Source: the human T2T-CHM13v2.0 reference genome, Homo sapiens
DNA: 64,000 nucleotides
Strand: one strand, 5' to 3'
Assembly: GCF_009914755.1 (NCBI RefSeq)
Contig: NC_060938.1
Part shown: piece by piece, positions 34,801 through 50,400 of the stretch
How the letters are laid out: each line of letters opens with the position of its first letter
Numbering within the stretch: the stretch's first letter is position 1
Notes under the pieces: model-generated
What the model was told of the DNA's origin: nothing
What the model saw: the letters and a program-made list of their open reading frames with translations, nothing else
Database searches by the model: none
Made by a program: the position numbers and the translations under genes

Positions 34801-37175
34801 ATCTCTGCAGTGATCACCCAGGTGAAGGAAGTGTTTTCTAGGGTCAGCCTACAGGAGCATTTTAACATATCACTGTACTGATCACCGAGATGATGTAACT
34901 CTTGTATAGGCTTCGCCGACAGGGGGCATTGAGACATATCTCTGCACTGATCACCGAGGAGAGGCAACTCTTGTCTGGGATCTGCTTATAGGGGGCATTG
35001 TGACATATCTCTGCCCTGATCACCCAGGTGATGTAACTCTTGTCTGGGCTCTGCCTACTGGAGACTTTGTGACATATCTCCGTGCTGATCACTCAGGTGA
35101 TGTCACTTTTGTCAAGGATATGGCTACATTGACATTGTGACATGTCACTGCACTGATCACACACCTGATGTAACTCTTGTCTACGCTCTGGCTACAAGGG
35201 CTTGTGACACATCTCTGAACTGATCATCCAGGTGATGTAACCCTTATCTAGGCTCTGCCAGAAGGGGGCATTGTGACATAAATCTGTACTGATCCCCCAG
35301 GTGACGGGTCTCTTGTCTAGGCTGTGCCTACTGGGGCATTGTGACATATATCTGCAGTGATCACGCAGGTGATGTAACTCTTGTCTATATCTGCCTACTG
35401 ATGGCATTGTGGCATATTTCTGCATTGATCACCAAGGTGATGGACTCTTGTCTTGGATTTGCCTATGGGGCCATAGTGACATACATCTGCACTGATCACT
35501 CATGTGATGTAACGCTTGTCTAAGCTGTGCCTAAAGGGGAATTGAGACAGATAACTCCACTGATCACCCAGGTGATGTAACAATTTTTTGGGATTTGTCT
35601 ACAGGGTTCTTTGTGACATATCTTTGCACTGATCACCCAGGAGATGTAAGTCTTGTCAAGGTTCAGCCTACAGGGGCTTTGTGACATATCTCTGCTCTGA
35701 TCACCCAGATGATGTAACTCTTGTCTAGGCTCCACCTACAGGGGGTATTGTGACGTATCTCTGCACTGATCACCCAGTTGATGTAACATTTATCTAGGCT
35801 CTGCCTACATGGGCGTTTTGACATAGCTCTGCACAGATCACCTAGGTTACGAAACTCTTCTCCACTCTCTGCCTACAGGAGGCATTGTGAAATATCTCTG
35901 CACTGATCACCCAGGTGATGGGACTCTTCTCTATACTCTGCCTAGAGGGGGATTTGTGACATATCTCTGCTCTGATCACCCAGGTGATGGAAGATTTCTC
36001 TAGGCTCTGTTTTTGGGAGCATTGTGTCAAATATCTGCACTGATCACCCAGGTGATGTAATTCTTTTCTAGGCTCTGTCTACAGGGATTTTTGTGACATA
36101 TCACTACACTGATCACCTAGGTGATGTAAGCCTTCTATGTGCTTGGCTTACAGAAGGCTTTGTGACATATCTATGCACTGATCTCTGAGGTGATGTATTT
36201 CTTGTCTAGGCACTGCCTACAGGGGACATTGGTACATATCTCTGCAGTGATCACCCAAGTGATGGACTCTTGTCTTAGATCTGCCTACATGGACATGGTG
36301 ACACATCTCTGAACTGATCAACAAAGTGTTGCAACTCTTGTCTGGGCTTTGCCTAAAGGGGCTTTGTGACACATCTCTGCACTGATCACCCTGTGGAGGG
36401 AACTCTTGTCTACACTCTGCCTACAGGAGTCTTTATGACTTATACCTGCACTGATAACCTAGGTGATGTAACACTTGTCTAGGCTCTGCCTACACGGAAA
36501 TTCTCACATATCTCTGCACTGATCACACAGGTGATGTAATTCCTGTCTAGGTTCAGCCTACAGGAGCGTTTTGACATATCTCTGCACTGATCACCCAGGT
36601 GATGTAACCCTTGTCTAAGCTCTGCCTACAGGGGCATTGTGACAGATCTCTCCACTGCTCACCCAGGTGATGTAACAATTCTCTGGTCTTTGCCTACAGG
36701 GGGCTTTGTGATATACATTTCCACTGATCAAACAGGTGATGTAACACTTATCAAGGTTCTCCTTACAGGGGATTTGAGACATATCTCTTCACTGATCACC
36801 CCAGGGAGGAAACACTTGTCTACACTCTGCCTACAGGAGGCATTACAATTTATCCCTGCACTGATAACTAGGTGATGTAACACTTGTCTAGGCTCTGTCT
36901 AAACCAGTATTTTCACACATCTCTACACTGATCACCTAAGTGATGTAACCCTTGTCTAGGTTCAGCCTACTGGGGATTTCTGACATACCTCTGCACTGAT
37001 CACCGAGGTGATGTAAATCATTTCCAGGCTTTTTGCACAGGGTTCATTGTGATATATCTCTACACTGATCACCCAAATGATGCAAATCTTCTCTAGGCTC
37101 TGCAGGGAGGGGGCATTGTGACATATTTCTGAACCGATCATCGAGGAGATGTAACTATTCTACTGGATTTGACTA
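31823..37175 (-). repeat. Beta-satellite spacer (~5.35 kb)
   Basis: Continuous 68-bp monomers in minus orientation. Confidence 0.96.
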
Positions 37176-37881
37176 AAGAGCGTCGGAAGGTGTTGGGAGA
37201 GACTCAGCCAGAATTTCACGGATGGACAAAGGCACAGAGAGGCCAACGGGCACCCGTGCACATCAGCCGAGGTGCGCAATGAGCGCAGGTCTAACCAGGA
37301 GTCTGGCAAAGAGAGCTAGAAGTCTGCGTTCCGCCACCAGGAGCTCCATGGTGGCAGCTGGGAGGCTGCAGGGGCACGGGCGGGCCGGCGAGAGATGTGC
37401 AGAGTCGCAGAGGAGGCGAGCCCCCAGAGGGGTTTGAGGCCTGCACGCTGTGCGGGCCTGGTGTTTCACGGGACGGGGGTCTCCTCCCAGCCCTGGGGAG
37501 GATGCATTTTCCGGGGCTTTGGGGTTTGGGTGGGGATGGTGTGGTAGGGCCGTGGGTGGGGTGGTGTAAAGGCATGAGAGCTCTGCCCGGGCTGCTCCCA
37601 CATCCCAGGCGGCTGCCCACAAACATGCGTGTGCGCAGTAGGCGGCCCACCTGCTGGTACCTGGGCCGGCTCTAGGATCCCCGGGATGCCCAGGAAAGAA
37701 TGGAAGTTTTTCGCTGGGTGGATTTTCTCACCGGGCCTACACCTAGAAGGCAGAAATCCCAGGCTGGTCAGCCGGTGGAGGGGGCAGGGGGAAGATACGC
37801 CCTTCCATAGCAAGCCAGGTGTTCCCCGCGAAAGAGATGCCAACGTCCTGCCCCGATGCGACCTCGTCCCAACCCCGCGTC

Positions 37882-39322
<1,441 letters not shown>

Positions 39323-39951
39323 TCATGAATGGCAGTGAGCACTGGGACAGCCTGCCCCATCCCGGAAGGGTCCCATGGCGTCGAAGCCTGCCGCCCGGCT
39401 GTGGTGTGGTGGGGGGGGGGAGGGCGTGGAGATGGTGGTGGTGGGGCCGGAGAGACGAAGAGGAAGGGGGCGAGGTGGAAGGCGTGAGGGGGTTGCGTTT
39501 CGGGGGCTGGCTCTCCGGACCTCTCCAGGAATCCCGCGGGAACTGGAAACCGCTCTGTGGGCTCCCACGCGTCTTCAGCAGGGAGAAACCGGCCTGGGAG
39601 GGTAGAAAGGGGTGTGGAACTGAACCTCCGTGGGAGTCTTGAGTGTTCCAGGCCCTCTCTCCGTGAAGGAGGCAGTGCCTGTGGGTGTCGCCATTGCTGG
39701 GACAGTCTCACACACGCAGGCGTGTGGCTCTCGTTCATTTCCACATAGGAGACTACAGCAAGACACCAGAGAGAAGATGCCTCCCCAGCGTGATGGCCTG
39801 ACGTTGGATTCCCGTGTGTGGCAACATGGGGAGTCTGCAGTGTGGCCGGTTTGGAAACTGGCAAGTAGAGCGAAGGCACCATGCCTTTCTTCCACCCTTC
39901 CCTGCATGTTTACTGGTGCCCACAGAGCTCCGGGATCAAACAGTCAGCATG

Positions 39952-42900
39952 ACACATCTCGGAACTGATCAACAAAGTGATGTAACCCTTGTCTAGGCTC
40001 TGCCTAATGGGACTTTGTGACATATCTCTGCACTGATCACCCAGGTGATGGGACTTTTTTCTAGGCTATGCCTATGGGGGCATTGTGACATATCTCTACA
40101 CTGATCACCCAGGTGATGTAACTCTTGTGTTAGATCTGCCTATGGGGGCATTGTGAAATATTTCTGCACTAATCACGCAGGTGATGTAACTCTGGTCTAA
40201 GCTCTGCCTAAAGGGTCATTGTGACAGATCTCTGCACTGATCACTCAGGTGATGTAAGTATAGTCTAGGTTCTTCTTAAAGGGTCCTTGTCACATATCTC
40301 TGCACTGATCACCCAGGTGGTGGGACTCTTCTCTTGGCTCTGCCTACTGGGGGCATTGTCACATATTTCTGCATTGATCACCCAGGTGACAGACCCTTGT
40401 CTTGGATTTGCCTATGGGGTCATTGTGACATATATCCGCACTGATCACCCAGGTGATGTAACGCTTGACTAGGCTCTGCCTACGGGGCATAGTGACATAT
40501 TGCTGCATTGATCACCGAGGTGATGTAACTCTTGTCCAGGCTCTGCCTATAGGGGGCCTTGTGACATATCTCTGCGCTGATCATCTAGGTGATGTAACTC
40601 TTGCTTACGCTCTGTCTGCAAGAGCATTGTGAAATATCTCTGCACTGATCACCTAGGTGATGTAACTCTTGTATAAGCTCTGCCTACAGGGGAATTGTGA
40701 GAGACCACGCCACTGATCACCCAAGTGATGTAACTATTGTCTAGGCATTGCCTACAGGGGGCTTTGTGACATACCTGTGCAATGATCACCCAGGTTATGT
40801 AACTCATCTAAATTCTGCCTACAGGAGCTTTGTGACATATCTCTGCACTGATCACTTAGGTGATGTAACACTTTTATAAGCACTGCCTTCAGGGAATTTT
40901 GACAAATCCTTGCACGGATCACCTAGGTGATGTATCTCTTGGCTACCCTCTGCCCAAAGGGGGCATTGTGAAATATCTCTGCACTGATCAACCAGGTGAT
41001 TCAACTCTTGTCTAAGATCTGCCTACAGGGGATATTGTGAAACATATCTGCACTGATCAACAAGGTGATGTAACTCTTGTCTAGCCTCTGCCTACAGGGG
41101 CATTTTCACATATCCCTGAACTGATGACAAAGGTGATGTAACTCTTGCCTAGTCTTTGCCTACAAGGGACATTGTGACATATCTCTGCACTGATCACCCA
41201 GGTGATGCAACTCTTCTCTATGCTCTGCCTACAGGGGGCATTGTGACATATCTCTGCACTGATCACCCAGGTGATGTAACTCTTTTCTAGTCTCTGCCTA
41301 CAGAGGGCGTTGTGACATCACTCTGCACGGATCACCAGGGTTATGTAAGTCTCCTCTAGGCTCTGCCTACGGGGGCTTTGTGACTTATCTCTGCACTGAT
41401 CACTCAGGAGGTGTGACCCTTTTCTAAGCTCTGCCTAGAGGGACATTGGGACATATCTCTGCACTGATCACTGACGTTATATAAAACTTGTCTAGGCTTT
41501 GCCTACAGTGGGATTTATGACATATCTCTGCATTAATCACCCAGGTGATGTAACTCTTGTCTAGGTTCTACTTAAAGGGGGTATTATGAGATATCTCTGC
41601 ACTGATCACCCAGGTGATGTAACTCTTGTCTAGGCTCTGCCTACAGGGGCATTTTAGCATATCACTGCACTGATCACCGAGATGATGTAACTTTTGTATA
41701 GGCTTCGCTGAAAAGGGGCATTGAGACATAAATCTGCACTGATCTCCGAGGTGATGCAACTCTTGTCTCGGATCTGCTTACAGGGGGCATTGTGACATAT
41801 CTCTGCCCTGATCACCCAGGTGATGTAACTCTTGTCTAGGCTCTGCCTACTGGAGACATTGTGATATATCTCCGCACTGATTACCCAGGTGATGTCACTT
41901 TTCTCAAGGATATGGCTACAGGGACATTGTGAAATGTCACTGCACTGATCACACAGCAGAGGTAACTCTTTTCTAGGCTCTGGCTACAGGGGGCTTGTGA
42001 CACATCTCTGTAATGATCACCCTGGTGATGTAACCCTTGTCTAGGCTCTGTCAAAAGGGGGCATTGTGACATAACTCTGCACTGATCACCCAGGTGATGT
42101 AACATTTATCTAGGCTCTGCCTACAGGGGCGTTTTGACATAGCTCTGCACAGATCACCTAGGTTATGTAACTCTTGTCCACTCTCTGCCTACAGGGGACA
42201 TTGTGAAATATCTGCACTGATCAATCAGGTGATGGAACTCTTCTCTGTACTCTGCTTAGAGGGGGATTTGTGACACATCTCTGCACTGATCGCCAAGGTG
42301 ATGGAAGTCTTGTCTAGGCTCTGTCTATGGGGGCATTCTGTCAAATATCTGCACTGATCACCCAGGTGATGTACCTCTTTTCTAGGCTCTGTCTACAGAG
42401 ATTTTTTTGACATATCACTGCACTGATCACCTAGGTGATGTAAGTCTTGTATGGGCTTTGCCTACAGAAGGCTTTGTGAAATATCTCTGTACTGATCTCT
42501 GAGGTGATGCAACTCTTGTCTAGGCACTGTCTACAGGGGACATTGGTACTTATCTCTGCACAGATCACCCAGGTGATGGAGTCTTGACTTAGATCTGCCT
42601 ACGTGGACATTGTGACACATCTCTGAACTGATCAACCAAGTGAAGAAACTCTTGTCTAGGCTCTGCCTACAGGGGCTTTGTGACACATCTCTGCACTGAT
42701 CACCCTGGGGAGGGAACTCTTGTCTACGCTCTGCCTACAGGAGGCTTTATGACTTATACCTGCACTGATAACCTAGTTGATGTAACCCTTGTCTAGGCTC
42801 TGCCTACACGGGAATTCTCACATATCTCTGCACTGATCACCGAGGTGACGGACTCTTGCCTTGGATCTGCCTATGGGGACATTGTGACATATCCCTGCAC

Positions 42901-45900
42901 TGATCACCCAGGTGATGTAACTGTTGTATAAGCTCTACCTACAGGGGAATTGTGAGAGATCTCGCCACTGATCACCCAAGTGATGTAACTATTGTCTAGG
43001 CTTTGCCTACATGGGGATTTGTGACATACCTTTGCACTGATCTCCCAGGTGATGTAACTCATCTAAGTTCTGCCTACAGGAGCTTTGTGACATATCTCTG
43101 CACTGATCACCCAGGTGTTGCAACTCTTCTCTATGCTCTGCCTACAGGGGGCATTGTGACATATCTCTGCACTGATCACAAAGGTGATGTAACTCTTTTC
43201 TAGTCTCTGCCTACAGAGGGCGTTGTGACATGACTCTGCACGGATCTCCCTGGTTATGTAAGTATTGTCTAGGCTTTGCCTACGGGGTCATTGTGACTTA
43301 TCTCTGCACTGATCACCCAGGAGATGTGACTCTTTTCTAAGCTCTGCCTTGAGGGACATTGGGACATATCCCTGCACTGATCGCTGAGGTGGTGTAAAAC
43401 TTGTCTAGGCTTTGCCTACAGTGAGATTTATGACATATCTCTGCACTGATCACCCAGGTGTTGTAACTGTTGTGTAGGCTCTGCTTACAGTGGTTATTGT
43501 GAGATATCTCTGCACTGATCACCCAGGTGATGTGACTCTTGTCTAGGCTCTGCCTACAGGGGCATTTTAACATATCACTGCACTGATCACCGAGATGATG
43601 TTACTCTTGTATAGGCTTCAACGACAGGGGGCATTGAGACATATCACTGCACTGATCACCGAGGTGATGCAACTCTTCTCTGGGATCTGTTTACAGGGGG
43701 CATTGTGACATATCTCTGCCCTGATCACCCAGGAGATGTAACTCTTGTCTAATCTCTGCCTACTGGAGACATTGTGACATATCTCCGCACTGATCACCGA
43801 GGTGATGTCACTTTTCTCAAGGATATGGCTACAGGGACATTGTGACATATCACTGCACTGATCACATAGCTGGTGTATCTCATATATAGGCTCTGGCTAC
43901 AGCGGGCTTGTGACACATCTCTGCACTGATCACCCAGGTGATGTAACCCTTGTCTAGGCTCTGTCAAAAGGGGGCATTGTGACATAACTCTGCACTGATC
44001 GCCCAGGTGATGGGACTCGTGTCTAGGCTCTGCCTACAGGGGCATTGTGACATATCTCTGCAGTGATCACGCAGGTGATGTAACTCTTGTCTGTATCTGC
44101 CTACTGTCGACACTGTGACATATTTCTGCACTGATCACCCAGGTGATGGACTCTTGTCTTGGATCTGCCAATGGGGGCATAGTGACTTATCTCTGCACTG
44201 ATCACTCATGGGATGTAACGCTTGTCCAAGCTGTGCCTGAAGGGGAATTTTGACAGATATCTCCACTGATCACCCAGGTGATGTAACAATTTTCTGGGAT
44301 TTGTCCACAGGGGGCTTTGTGCCATATCTTTGCACTGATCACCCAGGAGATGTAACAACTCTTGGCTAGGCAGGGCCTACAGGGTCTTTGTGACATATTT
44401 CTGCACTGATCACCCAGGTGATGTAACTCTTGTTTAGGCTCTGCCTACAGGGGCTTTGTGACATATTTCTGCACTGATCACCCAGGTGATGTTACTCTTG
44501 TTTAGGCTCTGCCTACAGGGGCTTTGTGACATATTTCTGCACTGATCACCCAATTGATGTAACTCTTGTCTAGGCTCCACCTACAGGGGGTATTGTGGCG
44601 TATCTCTGCACTGATCACCCAGGTGATGTAATATTTATCTAGGCTCTGCCTACAGGGGCTTTTTGATATAGCTCTGCACAGATCACCTAGGTTATGTAAC
44701 TCTTGTCCACTCTCTGCCCACAGGGGGCATTGTGAAATATCTCTGCACTGATCACCCAGGTGATGGGACTCTTCTCTGTACTCTGCCTAGAGGGGGATTT
44801 GTGACATATCTCTGCACTGATCACCAAGGTGATGGAAGTCTTGTCTAGGCTCTGTCTATGGGGGCATTGTGTCAAATATCTGCACCGATCTCCCAGTTGA
44901 TGTACCTCTTTTCTAGTCTCTGTCTACAGGGATTTTTGTGACATATCACTGCACTGATCACCTAGGTGATGTAAGCCTTGTATGGGCTTTGCCTAAAGAA
45001 GGCTTTGTGAAATATCTCTGCACTGATCTCTGAGGTGATGCAACTCTTGTCTAGGTACTGCCTACAGGGGACATTGGTCCATATCTCTGCACTGATCACC
45101 CAGGTGATGGACCCTTGTCTTAGATCTGCCTACATGGACATTGTGACACATCTCTGAACTGATCAACCAAGTGATGAAACTCTTGTCTAGGCTCTGCCTA
45201 CAGGGCTTTGTGACACATCTCTGCACTGATCACCCTGGGGAGGGAACTCTTGTCGACGCTCTGCCTACAGGAGGCTTTATGACTTATACCTGCACTGATA
45301 ACCTAGTTGATGTAACACTTCTCTAGGCTCTGCCTACACGGGATTTCTCACATATCTCTGCACTGATCACCCAGGTGATGGACTCTTGTCTTGGATCTTC
45401 CTATGGGGGCATTGTGACATATCTCTGCACTGATCACCCAGGTGATGTAACTGTTGTATAAGCTCTACCTACAGGGGAATTGTGAGAGATCTCGCCACTG
45501 ATCACCCAAGTGATGTAACTATTGTCTAGGCTTTGCCTACATGGGGCTTTGTGACATACCTTTGCACTGATCTCCCAGGTGATATAACTCATCTAAGTTC
45601 TGCCTACAGGAGCTTTGTGACATATCTCTGCACTGATCACTTAGGTGATGTAACACTTCTATAAGTACTGCCTACTGGGAATTTTGACAAATCTCTCCTT
45701 GGATCACCTAGGTGATGTAACTCTTGTCTACCATCTACCCATAGGGGTCATTGTGAAATATCTCTGCACTGATCACCCAGGTGATTCAACTCTTGTCTAC
45801 GATCTGCCTACAGGGGGTATTGTGAAATATCTCTGTAGTGTTCATCTAGGTGATGTAACCCTTGTCTAGGCTCTCTCTACAAGGATTTGTGTGACGTATC

Positions 45901-46972
45901 CCTGCACTGGTCACCTAGATGATGTAAGCCTTGTATGGGTTTGCCTATAGAAGGCTTTGTGACAGATCTATGCACTGATCTCTGAGGTGATGTAACTCTT
46001 GTCTAGGCACTGCCTACAGGGGACATTGGTACATATCTCTGCACTGATCACCCAGGTGATGGACTCTTGTCTTAGATCTGCCTACATGGACATTTTGACA
46101 CATCTCTGAACTGATCAACAAAGTGATGAAACTCTTGTCTAGGCTCTGCCTATGGGGGCTTTGTGACACATCTCTGCACTTATCACCCTTGGGAGGGAAC
46201 TCTTGTCTACGCTCTGCCTACAGGAGGCTTTACGACTTATACCTGCACTTATAACCTAGGTGATGTAACGCTTGTCTAGACTCTGTCTACACGGGAATTC
46301 TCACATATCTCTGCACTGATCACCCGGGTGATGTTACTCTTGTCTAGGTTCATCCTACAGGAGTGTTTTGACATATCTCTGCACTGATCACCCAGGTGAT
46401 GTAACCCTTGTTTAATCTCTGCCTACAGGGGCATTGTGACAGATCTCTCCACTGCTCACCCAGGTGATGTAACAATTGTCTGGGCTTTGCCTACAGGGGA
46501 CTTTGTGATATACATTTCCACTGATCAAACAGGTGATGTAACCCTTGTCAAGGTTCTGCTTACAGGGGCTTTGTGACATATCTCTACACTGATCACCCCA
46601 GGGAGGAAACACTTGTCTACACTCTGCCTACAGTAGGCTTTACAACTTATCCCTGCACTGATCACTGGCTGATGGAACACTTGTCTAGGCTCTGTCTACA
46701 CGGGACTTTTCACATATCTCTACACTGATCACCTAAGTGATGTAACCCTTGTCTAGGTTCCGCCTACTGGGAATTTCTGACATACCTATGCACTGATCAC
46801 CGACGTGATGTAAATAATTTCCATGCTTTTTGTACTGGGGACATTGTGATATATCTCTGCACTGATCACCCAAATGATGCAAATCTTCTGTAGGCTCCGC
46901 AGGGAGGGGGCATTGTGACATATTTCTGAACTGATCATCCAGGAGATGTAACTATTCTCCAGGCTTTGACTA
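39952..46972 (-). repeat. Beta-satellite spacer (~7.0 kb)
   Basis: Continuous 68-bp monomers in minus orientation. Confidence 0.96.
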
Positions 46973-47404
46973 AAGAGCATCGGAAGGTGTTGGGAGAGCC
47001 TCAGTCGGAATTTCATGGACGGACAAGGGCACAGAGAGGCCAGCGGACCCCCTTGCACGTGAGCCGGGGTGCGCAATGAGCGCAGGGCTAGCCAGGAGGC
47101 CGGCAAAGAGGGCTAGAGGTCTGCGTTCCGCAGCCAGGCACTCCATGGTGGCAGCTGAGAGGCTGCAGGGGCACGGACGGACCGGTGACGGTAGCGCGGA
47201 GGCGCAGAGGAGGTGAGCCGTCGGAGGGTTGTCAGGCCTGGACGCTGGGTGGGCCCGAGGTTTTGAAGGACGTGGGTCTCCATCCAGCCCAGGGGAAGAC
47301 GCATTTTACGGAGGTGGGAGCTGGGGTTCGGGAGGGGGTGGATAGGCCGGTTTGGGGTGGTGGAAAGGCATTAGAGCTCTGTCGGCGCTGCTCCGAAAGC
47401 TCAG
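46973..47404 (-). repeat. Truncated D4Z4-like unit 6 (pLAM-like end plus ~320 bp only, no DUX coding part)
   Basis: Homologous to ~1866-2297. It stops at GCTGCTCCGAAAGCTCAG, before the KpnI position, and abuts AT-rich satellite. Confidence 0.92.
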
Positions 47405-50400
47405 TATATAACTTATATTTGATATACTTTCATATTTTATGTACATAATATAATATACATTTGATGTACTTTCATATTTTATGTACAGTATATAATGTAT
47501 GGGTACTTTGATATTTTATGTACAGTATAAAATATATAGTTTGGGTACTTTGATATATTATGTACAGTATATAATATATGTTTGGGTACTTTGATATTTT
47601 ATGTACAGTATACAATATATATTTGGTGTACTTTGATATTTTATGTACAGAATAGAATATATATTTGGGGTAATTTGATATTTTATGTAGAGAATATAAT
47701 ATATATTTGATGTACTTTGATGTTTTATATACACAATATAATATATATTTGATGTATTTTCATATTTAATGTACACTATATAATATATACTTTGGGTACT
47801 TTGATATTTTATGTCCAGTATATCATATATACTTGGGGTAGTTTGATATTTTATGTACAGTATATAATATATACTTTGGGTACTTTGATATTTTATGTAC
47901 AGTATATAATATATAGTTTGCATACTTTGATATTTTATGTACAGTATATTATATATAGTTTGGGTACTTTGATATTTTATGTAGAGTTTATAACAAATGT
48001 TTGGGTACTTTGATATTTTGTGTACAGTATATAATACATACTTTGGGTACTTTGATACTTAATGTACAGTATATAATACATGTTTGGGTACTTTGATATT
48101 TTATGTACAGTATAGAATATATATTTAGTGTACTTTGATATTTTATTTACAGAATAAAATATATATTTGATGTACTTTCATATTTTATGTACAGTATATA
48201 ATATATACATTGGGTACGTTGATATTTTATGTACAGTATATAATATATATTTGTTGTACTTTGAAATATTACGTACACAATATAATATATATTTGATGCA
48301 CTTTCATATTTTATGTACAGTATTTAATATATAGTTTGGGTACTTTGATATTTTATGTACAGTATATAATCTATAGTTTGGGTACTTTGATGTTTTATGA
48401 ACATTATATAATGTATAGTTTGGGTAATTTGATATTTTATGTACAGTATATAATATATAGTATGGCTACTTTGATATTTCATGTACAGAATAGAATATAT
48501 ATTTGGTGTACTTTGATATTTTATGTACAGTATAGAATATATACTTTGTGTACTTTTATATTTTATGTACAATATATAATATATAGTTTCGGTACTTTGA
48601 TATTTTATGTACAGTATATAATATATAGTTTGGGTAGTTTGATATGCTATGTGCAGTATATAATATATAGTTTGGTTACTTTGATACGTTATGTACAGTA
48701 CATAATATATAATTTGGGTACGTTGATTTTTTGTTACAGTATATAATATATAACTTGGGTACTTTGATAATTTATGTACAGTATATAATAAATACTTTGG
48801 GTACTTTGATATTTTATGTACAGTATATAATATATACATTGGCTACCTTGATATTTTATGTACAGTATATAATCTATAGTTTGGATACTTTGATATTTTA
48901 TGTACAGTACATAATATATACTTTGGATACTTTGATAATTTATGTATAGTATATAATATATAGTTTGGGTACTTTGATATTTCATGTACAGTATATAATA
49001 TATATTTGGGGTAATTTGATATTTTATGTACAGTATATAATCTATATTTGATGTACTTTCATACTTTATGTACCTAATATAGTATATATGTGATGTAATT
49101 TTATATATTATGTACAGTATATAATGTGTAGTTTGGGTACTTTGATATTTTATGTACAGTATAAAATATATTGTTTGGGTACTTTGATATATTATGTACA
49201 GTATATAATATATAGTTTTGGTACCTTGATATTTTATGTACAGTATGTAATATATAGATTCGGTACTTTGATATTTTATGTACAGTATATAATGTATAGT
49301 TTGGGTACTTTGATATTTTATGTACAGTATATCATATATGTTTGGGTACATTGAAATTTCATGCAGAATATATAATATATATTATGGGTACTTTGATATT
49401 TTATGTACATTATATAATGAATATTTGGTGTACTTTGATATTTTATGTACAGAATATAATATGTATTTGATGCACTTTCATATTTTCTGTTCATTATATA
49501 ATGTATAGTTTGGGTACTTTGATATTTTATGTACAGTATATAATATATATTATGGGTACTTTGATATTTTATGTAGAGTATAGAATATATATTTGATGTA
49601 ATTGGATATTTTATGTAGAGTATATAATATATACTTTGGGTACTTTGATATTTTATGTACAGTATATAATATAAAGTTTGGGTACTTTGATATGTTATCT
49701 ACAGTATATAGTATATAGTTTAGTTACATTGATATGTTATGTAAAGTACATAATATATAGTTAGGGTACTTTGATTTTTTGTTACAGTATATAATATATA
49801 ACTTGGGTACTTTGATAACTTATGTACAGTATATAATATATAATTTGGATAGATTTTTTATGTACAGTATATAATATATAGTTTGGTTACTTTGATATGT
49901 TATGTACAGTACATAATATACAGTTTGGTTACTTTGATTTTTTTGTACAGTATATAATATATAATTTGGGTACTTTGATAATTTATGTATGGTATATAAT
50001 ATGTATTTTGGGTACCTTGATATTTTATGTACAGTCTATAATATATAGTTTGGTTACTTTGATTTGTTATGTAGAGTACATAATATATAGTTGGGTTACT
50101 TTGATATTTTTTGTACAGTATATAATATATTATTTGGATACTTTGATAAATTATGTACAGTATATAATATATACTTTGGGTACTTTGATATTTTATGTAC
50201 AGTATATAATATATAGTATGGGTACTTTGATATTTTATGTACAGTATATAATCTATATTTGATGTACTTTCATATTTTTTCTACCTAATATAATATATAT
50301 TTGATGTAATTTCATATTTTATGTACAGTATATAATGTATAGCTTGGGTACTTTGATATTTTATGTATAGTATAAAATATATAGTTTGGGTACTTTGATA

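Noticed and set aside
39395-39495. G-rich tracts (G10 run; similar at ~4080-4160, 9975-10070, 19430-19520, 31270-31365) with G-quadruplex potential
   Set aside because: These are an inherent part of the D4Z4 upstream sequence and vary in length between copies. Nothing here indicates a specific function.
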